From contig CAMUYT010000001.1 of the NCBI GenBank assembly GCA_947164955.1, positions 1 through 53,600 of the forward strand: a stretch of DNA of 53,600 bases, read 5' to 3'. Positions within the stretch are counted from its first letter, which is position 1; the number at the start of each line of letters is the position of its first letter. The notes beneath the pieces were generated by a model. It searched no databases, had not been told where the DNA came from, and was given only the letters and a program-made list of their open reading frames with translations. A program made the position numbers and the translations under genes. Below, piece by piece: positions 40,971-49,582 of this stretch. This DNA comes from an uncultured Bacteroidales bacterium. GTDB lineage: Bacteria > Bacteroidota > Bacteroidia > Bacteroidales > F082.

Positions 40971-42011
40971 ATGATGAAATTCAGTACCATAGAAGATTTG
41001 CAATCGTTGATTGACAACGAAATTGAGGAGTCCACTGAGTTGGAGTATAAAAGTACCTTTGTCAAGCAAAAACCAAATTGGAAGGAAGAATTGGCTAAGG
41101 ATGTCAGTGCTATGGCAAATGCAAATGGCGGGGTAATTGTCTTTGGAATTGCACAAAAAGAGTGCAATGGCCACTCAATTCCTGAAAAACTCACACCCAT
41201 ACCTAATACATTGATGTCAAAGGATAGTCTTTCTCAGTTATTATCCTCCAATATACAACCCGTTATTGAGAATTTAGAAATCTCGTTTATTCCATTCAAT
41301 GCAGAAACAGGTTTTTTTGTAATAGAAGTGCCACAAGGAATCACCGCGCATCAAAATAGATTGAGCCATTTGTATCATAGACGCAGGAATGCTACTATCG
41401 AACCAATGGAAGATTATGAAATCCGTGATGTGATGAACAGAAGCAAGCATCCTGTGATGGCTATCGAATTTGAGTTGCATAAAACAACAACTCATATCAT
41501 CGAAAAGCCTTTGAAAATAGCTGTGATGTATGACAAGCGTGAAGACAAACATACTATAGAAACCAAATACGAACTTAAATACAGGTTGTTGAATAAAGGA
41601 ACAGTGTACGCTAAATACATTAATTTCTTTATCCATGTTCCTTTAATCTTGAATCCAAATAAAGAAAAAGAACCTGAAGGGGTCGATAGGCTAAAGAAGT
41701 GTTTCGTTATTTCTGGCGACAATACTACAAGAGATATTACGTCTGTCAGGGGTCTTAGCAAAGAATATGGTCCTGCAAGATATGACCCAATTTTGCCAGG
41801 CACATTTGGCTGGTGGAAAAGTTTTGAATTGAGTTTTGATGACGTGGACGAATCCATTACCTTACCGCCTATTTGGTATTCCGTATTAGCCGACAATGCT
41901 CCCGAACGAAAAATGATTGTTGATTGGAATGACATTAAACTTTTTGAAAAAACAGAAACTATAACTAGAGATCTTAATAATATTGGATTTAATTCGATGC
42001 TTTATCAATAG
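40971..42011 (+). CDS. AlbA_2 (Schlafen-core-like) domain protein with an unknown C-terminal domain
   Basis: ESTELEYKSTF...LAKDVSAMANANGGVIVFGI is the hallmark of the AlbA_2/divergent-AAA family. It starts immediately after the mod stop. It is AT-rich: 19/60 G+C in 41221-41280. Confidence 0.7.
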   Translation: MMKFSTIEDLQSLIDNEIEESTELEYKSTFVKQKPNWKEELAKDVSAMANANGGVIVFGIAQKECNGHSIPEKLTPIPNTLMSKDSLSQLLSSNIQPVIENLEISFIPFNAETGFFVIEVPQGITAHQNRLSHLYHRRRNATIEPMEDYEIRDVMNRSKHPVMAIEFELHKTTTHIIEKPLKIAVMYDKREDKHTIETKYELKYRLLNKGTVYAKYINFFIHVPLILNPNKEKEPEGVDRLKKCFVISGDNTTRDITSVRGLSKEYGPARYDPILPGTFGWWKSFELSFDDVDESITLPPIWYSVLADNAPERKMIVDWNDIKLFEKTETITRDLNNIGFNSMLYQ

Positions 42012-42017
42012 TATACA

Positions 42018-42119
42018 ATGAAGTTCAAATTCAAAATACATCAACATCAGTCCAATTCGTCTGAAAGTGCCTCATCGTCGCTATCAAATTTAGTATCTTT
42101 GCCCTATGAAAACGATTGA
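42018..42119 (+). pseudogene. Relic of the res 5' end (33-codon ORF MKFKFKIHQHQSNSSESA...)
   Basis: 43 of the first 54 nt are identical to the true res start at 43691, and 12 of 18 aa match (MKFKFKIQQYQSDAVEST). The ORF then decays and stops at 42117-42119, overlapping the next gene out of frame. Confidence 0.75.
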
Positions 42120-43701
42120 CTATTATTTGAATCAGCCCGAAGGGCAGACCTACGACAAGAAAAGCGGTCGTATCGAGCCAAAGGCATTGGCGGTCACCAT
42201 GGTGGCTATGGCCAACGCCGATGGCGGAACCATTGCCGTCGGCATTGAGGATGACGGCACCGTCAGCGGCATCGACGGAATGACCGAGCACATCAACGAC
42301 TTGCTGCGTGTGCCGTTCGACTATTGCATCCCTTCGGTTAATATCCACCCTCAACGCATCCCCTGCACCGACAAGGACGGAAAGGACAACCACATCCTCA
42401 TTCTGGAGGTGGAGCAGAGCAGCGCCATGCACGCCACTTCTTCCGATGAGGCCTACTATCGTGTTGGCGACAAATCCAAGAAACTCTCCTTCGACGACCG
42501 TATGCAAATCATGCTGGCGAAAGGGGTGCAGTATTATGAAGATTACCCCGTTGCAAGAGCCACGGTTGATGATTTGGATTTTGACTTTGTTTCGAAGTAT
42601 TGCGAGAGGATTGGTTACAAGAAAGATGCGTTGACTTTTCTTCGCACCAACGGGGATTATATCCTGAACAAAGACGGCAAGGAACAAGTCAGTGGCGCTG
42701 CCATACTGTTGTTCGGAAAAGATCCACAGCGCTTTTTCCAACGTGCTTGGGTGCGTTTCATCCGCTATGATGGAACGGAAGAGAAAGTGGGGCGCGAGAT
42801 GAATGTCATCAAGGATGTCATCTTCAAGGGTCGTATCTTGGATATGACACGCGATGCCATCGCTTTCGTCAAGACACAAATCAAGGAACACACTTATTTG
42901 GGGCCCGAAGCACGTTTTGTGACAGAGGTGGAGTATCCCGAGTTTTGTTGGACCGAGCTGATTGTTAATGCCATAGCCCACCGCGATTACTCGATTCTGG
43001 GAACGGACATCCAAATCAAAATGTTCGACGACCACTACACGGTCGAAAGTCCTGGCATCTTGCCCGGGCGTGTCCGTATCAACAACATGCGAACCACCCA
43101 CTTCTCCCGCAACCCTAAGATTGCGGCTTTCATGAAAGAATATGAGTTCATCCGTGAGTTTGGTGAGGGTGTTGACCGTATGTATCGCGAACTGGAAGAA
43201 GGCGGATGGGAAAAACCTGTTTTCAAGCAGGATGACTTTATTCTTCGGGCATCACTCAAGTCAAGATTTAACACTGAGGGTTTACAGAAAGATTCAAACA
43301 AACAAACTGGAAGCCAAATAGATGACACAGATACTTTACAGAAAACTTTACAGAACAATCCAAATTCGATCCAAATCAACACTCAATACGTCACAAGCCT
43401 GTCCCAAGTCCTGTCCCAAGTTGTCCCCAGCTCGTCCCCAGCTTGTCCCCAGCTTAAAGACAGTCATTTTTCAATGATGGCCATGGTTATGTTGCAGCTG
43501 CATTCCCAACAATACTCAATATCTGAACTTATGAACGCTATTGGGGAAAAGAACAAGAACAGATTCCGCCAGTTTGTGTTAAGGCCTCTGATAAACATTG
43601 GCTTGGTTGAAGCTACCATCAAAGACGTTCCCAATAGTCCAAAACAACGTTATGCCCTTACGGGAAAAGGTAAAGAATTGATGAAGCCCTATGAAATTTA
43701 A
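42106..43701 (+). CDS. AlbA_2 + HATPase_c_4 (RecG-C-terminal-like) + wHTH protein, usually annotated as ATP-binding protein / putative transcriptional regulator
   Basis: AlbA_2: LAVTMVAMANADGGTIAVGIEDDGTVSGI. HATPase_c_4-like: ELIVNAIAHRDYSILGTDIQIKMFDDHYTVESPGILPG...FSRNPKIAAFM...EFGEGVDRMY. C-terminal PNSPKQRYALTGKG. It overlaps the res start by 11 nt. Confidence 0.8.
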   Translation: MKTIDYYLNQPEGQTYDKKSGRIEPKALAVTMVAMANADGGTIAVGIEDDGTVSGIDGMTEHINDLLRVPFDYCIPSVNIHPQRIPCTDKDGKDNHILILEVEQSSAMHATSSDEAYYRVGDKSKKLSFDDRMQIMLAKGVQYYEDYPVARATVDDLDFDFVSKYCERIGYKKDALTFLRTNGDYILNKDGKEQVSGAAILLFGKDPQRFFQRAWVRFIRYDGTEEKVGREMNVIKDVIFKGRILDMTRDAIAFVKTQIKEHTYLGPEARFVTEVEYPEFCWTELIVNAIAHRDYSILGTDIQIKMFDDHYTVESPGILPGRVRINNMRTTHFSRNPKIAAFMKEYEFIREFGEGVDRMYRELEEGGWEKPVFKQDDFILRASLKSRFNTEGLQKDSNKQTGSQIDDTDTLQKTLQNNPNSIQINTQYVTSLSQVLSQVVPSSSPACPQLKDSHFSMMAMVMLQLHSQQYSISELMNAIGEKNKNRFRQFVLRPLINIGLVEATIKDVPNSPKQRYALTGKGKELMKPYEI

Positions 43702-46700
43702 ATTCAAAATACAGCAATATCAGTCCGATGCGGTCGAAAGCACCGTTTCGGTTTTTGCGGGTCAGCCCTCGCGCGATGCTTTCCAATTTAGAAGAGACCT
43801 GGGCAAGCGCAAGTCTCAGCAGAAAATGGAATTCGAAGACGAATTTGTGGGCTACCGCAACAGCGACATCGAGCTGAGCGACCAACAGCTGCTCGACAAC
43901 ATCTGCAAGATTCAAGATGGTCAGGACATCAAGCAGTCGCCTAAGCTCGTCAGTGATTTAGGTCGTCTCGGGTTGGACATCGAAATGGAAACAGGCACGG
44001 GCAAGACCTACGTCTATATCAAGACCATGTTTGAGCTGAACAAACGCTACGGCTGGAACAAGTTCATCGTGGTGGTGCCGTCCATCGCTATCCGCGAAGG
44101 TGTCAACAAGAGCTTCACCATGCTCGAAGACCACTTTATGGAGCATTACGGAAAAAAAGCCCGTTTCTTCATCTACAACTCATCCAACCTCCAGCAACTG
44201 GATTCTTACTCCAGCGATGCAGGCATCAACGTGATGATCATCAACACGCAGGCCTTCGCCAAGGATTTGAATGAAGACAAGAAGACCAAGGCGGGCTTGG
44301 TAATCTACTCTGAGCGCGATGACTTCGGCAGTCGAAAGCCCATCGATGTGATTGCCGCCAACCGTCCTATCATCATCATGGACGAGCCTCAGAAGATGGA
44401 AGGCCAGGCCACCCAAAAAGCCCTGCGTCGCTTCAACCCGCTCTTTGTGCTCTATTACTCCGCCACCCACAAAACCCAACATAACTGCATCTATGCTCTC
44501 GACGCGCTGGATGCCTTCAAGCAGAAACTGGTCAAGAAGATTCAGGTGAAAGGCTTTGAAGTGAAGAACCTCAAAGGCACCAGCTCCTACCTCTATCTCG
44601 ACGACATCATCCTTTCCAAGAACCAGCCCCCAATGGTGCGCCTCGAAATGGAAGTGGAGACCAACTCAGGCGTGAAGAAAATCATGAAGAAATTTGGTGT
44701 AACTGACAATCTCTACCATGAATCCCATCTTTTGGAATACAAGGACTTCACCATTTCCGACATCGATGCTTTCCACAATACCGTCACTTTCCTCAACGGT
44801 GTGAAGATTGCCAAGGGCGAAGTGTATGGCGACAGCAGCGAAGAAGCCATGCAGCGCGTCCAAATCCGCGAAACCATTGCCTCGCATTTCGAGAAGGAAC
44901 GCGACTTGTTCAAACGGGGCATCAAAACCCTGTCGTTGTTTTTCATCGACGAAGTGGCCCACTACAAGAGCTACAACAGTGAAGGCGAAGAGGTGCATGG
45001 CCCGTTCTGGAAAATCTTCGAAGAGGAATATACCCGGATATTGAACGAAAACCTTTCCTTGTTTGAGGATGATTACCAAAAGTATCTCCTACAGTTCGAT
45101 GCCTCGCAAGTCCACAACGGCTATTTCTCCATCGACAAGAAAGGCCACGCGGTCAACAGCTCCACGGGGCGCGGCACCGACATTTCCGATGACATTTCGG
45201 CCTACGACCTCATACTGAAGAACAAAGAACGGCTGTTAAGCTTCGACGAACCAACCCGCTTCATCTTCTCACACTCCGCCCTTCGCGAAGGCTGGGACAA
45301 TCCCAACGTGTTCCAGATTTGCACCCTCCGCCATGCCGCCTCCGCCATTGCCAAACGTCAGGAAGTTGGGCGAGGCCTCCGCATCTGTGTTGACCAACAA
45401 GGCAACCGCATGGACTTGGAAGAGCTGGGTGATGAAATGGTACACGACATCAACAAGCTCACCGTCATCGCCAACGAAAGCTACAAGACTTTCGTGGCCG
45501 ACCTACAACGCGAGACCAAGGATGCCCTTCGTGAACGTCCCAACAAGGCCACTCCAGAGTATTTCCAAGGCAAGATGATCACTTTGGAGGGCGAGAAATA
45601 CACCTTGAACGCTCAGGATGCAATAGCTATCTGTGGCTGGCTGGCAGGGAACGATTATTCCGACGTGAACTACCAAATCACACAGACCTTTAAGGACGAC
45701 TTGCAGAACGGAACGCTGGAGCCAATGGGCAAGAAATTGGCCGGAAAGGAAGAACAAATCATCACGCTCATCAAAGCCCTCTTCGACGACAGCATCTCCA
45801 TCGAGGATATGATAGAGGACGGCAACGCATCAGCCGCAGCCACCAACCGCCTCAATGAGAACTTCAAAAAGAAAGAGTTCCAAGCCTTGTGGAATGAGAT
45901 TAACCACAAGTACGTCTATACCGTCCACTACGACAGCAACGAGCTGATAGAAAAGGCGGTTAACGCCATCAACGCCGAGCTGATGGTCACCGAATTGAAG
46001 TATGTGATGACCATTGGCGACCAAGAATCTGTTGACACCTTTGGTGATACCAAAACCACCACCCAGAAGTTGGGGACGGTAAGCACTTCCTCGGTGAAAT
46101 ACGACTTGGTGGGCGAGGTGGCCAAGCGCACCACGCTCACCCGTCGCACGACGGCCACCATCCTGAAGAAGATACGCCCCAGCAAGTTAGCCATGTTCCG
46201 CAACAATCCCGAGGAGTTCATCAAGAACGTGAGCCGTATCATCCGCAACGAGAAAGCCACCATGATTGTGGAACATATCCAATACGACCGCATCGACCAG
46301 ACCTACGACAGCGAAATTTTCACCCAAGAAAAACATTCGCAGAACGTGTCCAAATCATATTCCTCGAAGAAACACATCATGGACTACGTTTTCACCGACT
46401 CCGACGGAGAACGCACCTTCGCCGAGGATTTGGATGCCGCCACCGAAGTATGTGTCTATGCCAAGTTGCCGCGTTCCTTCCAAATCCCCACACCCGTAGG
46501 CAACTACGCCCCCGACTGGGCCATCGCCTTTAATCAGGGCGCGGTGAAGCACATCTTCTTCATCGCAGAAACCAAAGGCTCAATGGACTCAATGCAACTG
46601 AAGAAAGTGGAAGAGGCAAAGATTGGTTGTGCCGAAAAGTTGTTCAACAACCTTTCCACTTCCAATGTCCGTTACCACAAGGTGGATAGTTACCAGACCA

Positions 46701-46729
46701 TGCTGGATATAATGAAATCGATGGATTAA
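43691..46729 (+). CDS. res: Type III restriction enzyme Res subunit (helicase-nuclease)
   Basis: N-terminus MKFKFKIQQYQSDAV, Walker A METGTGKTYVYIKT, DEAH-like IIIMDEPQ, YSATH, REGWDNPNVFQI, and a C-terminal PD-(D/E)xK-like region YAPDWAIAF...FFIAETKGS. Confidence 0.9.
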   Translation: MKFKFKIQQYQSDAVESTVSVFAGQPSRDAFQFRRDLGKRKSQQKMEFEDEFVGYRNSDIELSDQQLLDNICKIQDGQDIKQSPKLVSDLGRLGLDIEMETGTGKTYVYIKTMFELNKRYGWNKFIVVVPSIAIREGVNKSFTMLEDHFMEHYGKKARFFIYNSSNLQQLDSYSSDAGINVMIINTQAFAKDLNEDKKTKAGLVIYSERDDFGSRKPIDVIAANRPIIIMDEPQKMEGQATQKALRRFNPLFVLYYSATHKTQHNCIYALDALDAFKQKLVKKIQVKGFEVKNLKGTSSYLYLDDIILSKNQPPMVRLEMEVETNSGVKKIMKKFGVTDNLYHESHLLEYKDFTISDIDAFHNTVTFLNGVKIAKGEVYGDSSEEAMQRVQIRETIASHFEKERDLFKRGIKTLSLFFIDEVAHYKSYNSEGEEVHGPFWKIFEEEYTRILNENLSLFEDDYQKYLLQFDASQVHNGYFSIDKKGHAVNSSTGRGTDISDDISAYDLILKNKERLLSFDEPTRFIFSHSALREGWDNPNVFQICTLRHAASAIAKRQEVGRGLRICVDQQGNRMDLEELGDEMVHDINKLTVIANESYKTFVADLQRETKDALRERPNKATPEYFQGKMITLEGEKYTLNAQDAIAICGWLAGNDYSDVNYQITQTFKDDLQNGTLEPMGKKLAGKEEQIITLIKALFDDSISIEDMIEDGNASAAATNRLNENFKKKEFQALWNEINHKYVYTVHYDSNELIEKAVNAINAELMVTELKYVMTIGDQESVDTFGDTKTTTQKLGTVSTSSVKYDLVGEVAKRTTLTRRTTATILKKIRPSKLAMFRNNPEEFIKNVSRIIRNEKATMIVEHIQYDRIDQTYDSEIFTQEKHSQNVSKSYSSKKHIMDYVFTDSDGERTFAEDLDAATEVCVYAKLPRSFQIPTPVGNYAPDWAIAFNQGAVKHIFFIAETKGSMDSMQLKKVEEAKIGCAEKLFNNLSTSNVRYHKVDSYQTMLDIMKSMD

Positions 46730-46754
46730 GCATCATCCCTATATCACTAATCCT

Positions 46755-48641
46755 TTACTCCAAATAAGTATATCCATACAATCCCGACCGATAGTTGGAA
46801 AGGAATTCCTTGCCTTCCTCGACCGTGATCTTGCCCTCCTTGACGCACTTGGTGACCCAGGTCTCCACCGTACGGACGAGTTTCTTCGGGCTGTATTGCA
46901 CGTATTCCAAAACGTCGGCAACGGTCTCGCCGTCAATCACTTGGTCGATGTAGTAGCCTTTCTCGTCGACGGAGACGTGAACGGCGTTGGTGTCGCCAAA
47001 CAAGTTGTGCAAGTCGCCGAGGATTTCTTGGTAGGCACCCACGAGGAACACACCTATATAATAATGTTCCTTGTCGCTGAGCGCGTGCAGCGGGATGGTG
47101 TGCTGCGTCGACTTGGCGACGAAGTTGGTGATTTTGCCGTCGCTGTCGCAGGTGATGTCCTGCAAGGTGGCCAGATGGGTCGGGTTCTCGTCCAAACGTT
47201 GGATGGGGATGATGGGGAAGAGCTGGTCGATGGCCCAGAGGTCGGGCAGTGACTGGAACAGCGAGAAGTTGCAGAAATATTTGTCAGCCAAAAGTTTGGG
47301 CAGCGAAGTGAAGTCTTCGGGCACACGTTTCAGGCTGTTGGCGATGTGGTTCACCTCGCGGGCGATGCTCCAGAACAATCTTTCAATCTTGGCGCGCGAC
47401 TTGAGGTCGAGCAGGCCGAGGCTGAACAGGTTGAGGGCTTCCTCGCGGATTTCCTGGGCGTCGTGCCAGATTTCGAGCGATGAACTCTTGGTGAGTTCGT
47501 CCCATGAATCATACAGCTCCTTGATGAGTTCGTGGTCGTTTTCTTCGGGTTCTTCGTTGTCGTCCCATTCGGGCAACGAGGTCTTCTCCAACACCTCGAA
47601 AATCAGGACCGAGTGGTGTGCTGTGAGGGCGCGGCCCGACTCGCAGATGACGTTGGGGTGGGGGAGTTCGTTCTTGTCGCAGGCGTCGACGATGGTGTAG
47701 ATGGCGTTGTTGGCGTATTCCTGGATGCTATAGTTGACCGAGCTGGCGCTGCTTGAGCTGGTGCCGTCGTAGTCGACGCCGAGGCCGCCGCCCATGTCGA
47801 CGTATTCGATATGGTAGCCCATCTTGTAAAGCTGCACGTAGAACTGTGCCGCCTCGCGCAAGGCTACGTTGATCTTCTTGATTTTGCTGACTTGGCTACC
47901 GATGTGGTAGTGAACGAGCTTCAGGCAGTCTTTCATGTCGTGCTCCTCGAGGAAGTCGAGGGCTTCGAGGAGTTCCGACGAGGTGAGGCCGAACTTGCTG
48001 CCGTCGCCGCCCGATTCTTCCCATTTGCCCGCACCCGAACTGGCCAACTTGATGCGCACACCAAGGTTGGGCGTCACTTTCAGTCGTTTGGCGATTTTTG
48101 CTGTGGTCTTCAGTTCGTTGAGTTTCTCGATGACGATGATGATCTTGCGGCCCATCTTCTGGGCAAGCAAGGCGAGCTCAATGAATTCCTCGTCCTTGTA
48201 GCCGTTGCAGACGATGAGCGAGTCGGAGTCGGTGCCGAGGGCGATGATGGCGTGGAGCTCGGGCTTCGAGCCGGCTTCGAGGCCGATGTTGCATTTCTTG
48301 CCGTGGCTCACGATCTCTTCGACCACAGGGCGCATCTGGTTCACCTTGATGGGCATCACCACGAAGTTCTGGCCGTGGAACTCATATTCCTTGGCCGCCT
48401 CTTTGAAGCAGGAGTCGATCTTGTTAATACGGTCGTCCAAGATGTCGGGGAAACGAATCAGCATGGGTGCCGAAACGTCCCTAAGCGACAGTTCGTCAAC
48501 CAGTTCGGGTAGATCTACGGATGCACAGCCTTCCTTGGGTGTGACGACCATGTGGCCTTTCTCGTTGATGGAAAAGTAGTTACCGCCCCAGCCTTTCACG
48601 TTGTAAAGGTCTTCGGAGTCTTCAATGCGCCATTTTCTCAT
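46755..48641 (-). CDS. speA: Biosynthetic arginine decarboxylase
   Basis: MRKWRIEDSEDLYNVKGWGGNYFSINEKGHMVV... and full-length similarity to the SpeA family pattern (PLP-dependent Orn/DAP/Arg decarboxylase fold). Confidence 0.9.
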   Translation of the reverse strand: MRKWRIEDSEDLYNVKGWGGNYFSINEKGHMVVTPKEGCASVDLPELVDELSLRDVSAPMLIRFPDILDDRINKIDSCFKEAAKEYEFHGQNFVVMPIKVNQMRPVVEEIVSHGKKCNIGLEAGSKPELHAIIALGTDSDSLIVCNGYKDEEFIELALLAQKMGRKIIIVIEKLNELKTTAKIAKRLKVTPNLGVRIKLASSGAGKWEESGGDGSKFGLTSSELLEALDFLEEHDMKDCLKLVHYHIGSQVSKIKKINVALREAAQFYVQLYKMGYHIEYVDMGGGLGVDYDGTSSSSASSVNYSIQEYANNAIYTIVDACDKNELPHPNVICESGRALTAHHSVLIFEVLEKTSLPEWDDNEEPEENDHELIKELYDSWDELTKSSSLEIWHDAQEIREEALNLFSLGLLDLKSRAKIERLFWSIAREVNHIANSLKRVPEDFTSLPKLLADKYFCNFSLFQSLPDLWAIDQLFPIIPIQRLDENPTHLATLQDITCDSDGKITNFVAKSTQHTIPLHALSDKEHYYIGVFLVGAYQEILGDLHNLFGDTNAVHVSVDEKGYYIDQVIDGETVADVLEYVQYSPKKLVRTVETWVTKCVKEGKITVEEGKEFLSNYRSGLYGYTYLE

Positions 48642-48736
48642 TTTTCTGCGGTTTAGTTGGTGTTTTGGGCTGCAAAACTAAGAAAAACATTCGATTTTAC
48701 GTGGATTTCCTTATTTTTGCACAAAAATCTTCTTGC

Positions 48737-49582
48737 ATGAACCTGATTATCGACAGCGGATCGACGAAAATGGGATGGATCCTCTTGGACGGCCAAGAGG
48801 TCAAAGCCCATTTCGTGACCAAAGGATTCAACCCGAATTATTCTGACATACAGCACCTTGAATCCCTTGTAGAGACGAAAAATTTTGCGTCTCTACCCAT
48901 TGACATCCATGCCATCCACTATTATGGCACAGGTTGCGGCAACGAACAGAATTGCCAATTAATAAAGGATGTATTCCAACGCCATTTCCCAAAGGCAGAA
49001 ATCACCGTCACCCACGACCTGATGGCGGCCTGCCATGCCTTGTTGGGGCATGAGAAAGGTATTGCATGTATCCTTGGAACTGGATCAAATTCATGCGTTT
49101 ACGATGGAAATAAAATCGTTGAAAGGGCGGTCTCGTTAGGTTATCTCGTCGGCGACGAAGGCAGCGGGATGCACATCGGCAGGGAAGTGATTCGGGCCTA
49201 TTTTTATGGTTTTATGCCCGACGATTTACGGCAATCGTTTGAAAACCAATATCATCTGGAACTGAAGGATTTCATCGACAGACTGTATCATGGCGACCAA
49301 CCTTCAAGGTATTTGGCGACTTATGCCCGATTTGCAGGTGAGCACCAATCGCATCCATTTATCTGTGACTTGGTGAAGGGTTGTTTCAATACCTTCATCG
49401 AAGCCTTTGTGTTGCGTTTTGAGAATGCTAACATGATGAAGGTGGGCTTTGTTGGTTCAGTGGCTTTTCATTTCCAGAACCTTTTGAGGGAAAGTCTGGT
49501 CGGTTATGGCCTCGCTATGGGTGAGGTCATGTCTTCTCCTGCTGAAGGGTTGATACAGTACTATCAAAGTCTTCCGGCATAA
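48737..49582 (+). CDS. BadF/BadG/BcrA/BcrD-type ATPase (N-acetylglucosamine kinase-like)
   Basis: MNLIIDSGSTKMGWILL..., ILGTGSNSC, and GYLVGDEGSGMHIG. TATTTTTG -7 box at 48713-48720, so the ATG at 48737 is preferred over the track start at 48665. Confidence 0.8.
   Translation: MNLIIDSGSTKMGWILLDGQEVKAHFVTKGFNPNYSDIQHLESLVETKNFASLPIDIHAIHYYGTGCGNEQNCQLIKDVFQRHFPKAEITVTHDLMAACHALLGHEKGIACILGTGSNSCVYDGNKIVERAVSLGYLVGDEGSGMHIGREVIRAYFYGFMPDDLRQSFENQYHLELKDFIDRLYHGDQPSRYLATYARFAGEHQSHPFICDLVKGCFNTFIEAFVLRFENANMMKVGFVGSVAFHFQNLLRESLVGYGLAMGEVMSSPAEGLIQYYQSLPA

Noticed and set aside
34949-46729. Classifying the operon as DISARM or BREX
   Set aside because: There is no DUF1998 protein, no DrmA-type helicase and no stand-alone PLD nuclease, which rules against DISARM. 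There are no PglZ, BrxC or BrxL-like genes, which rules against BREX. Mod+Res are clearly Type III.
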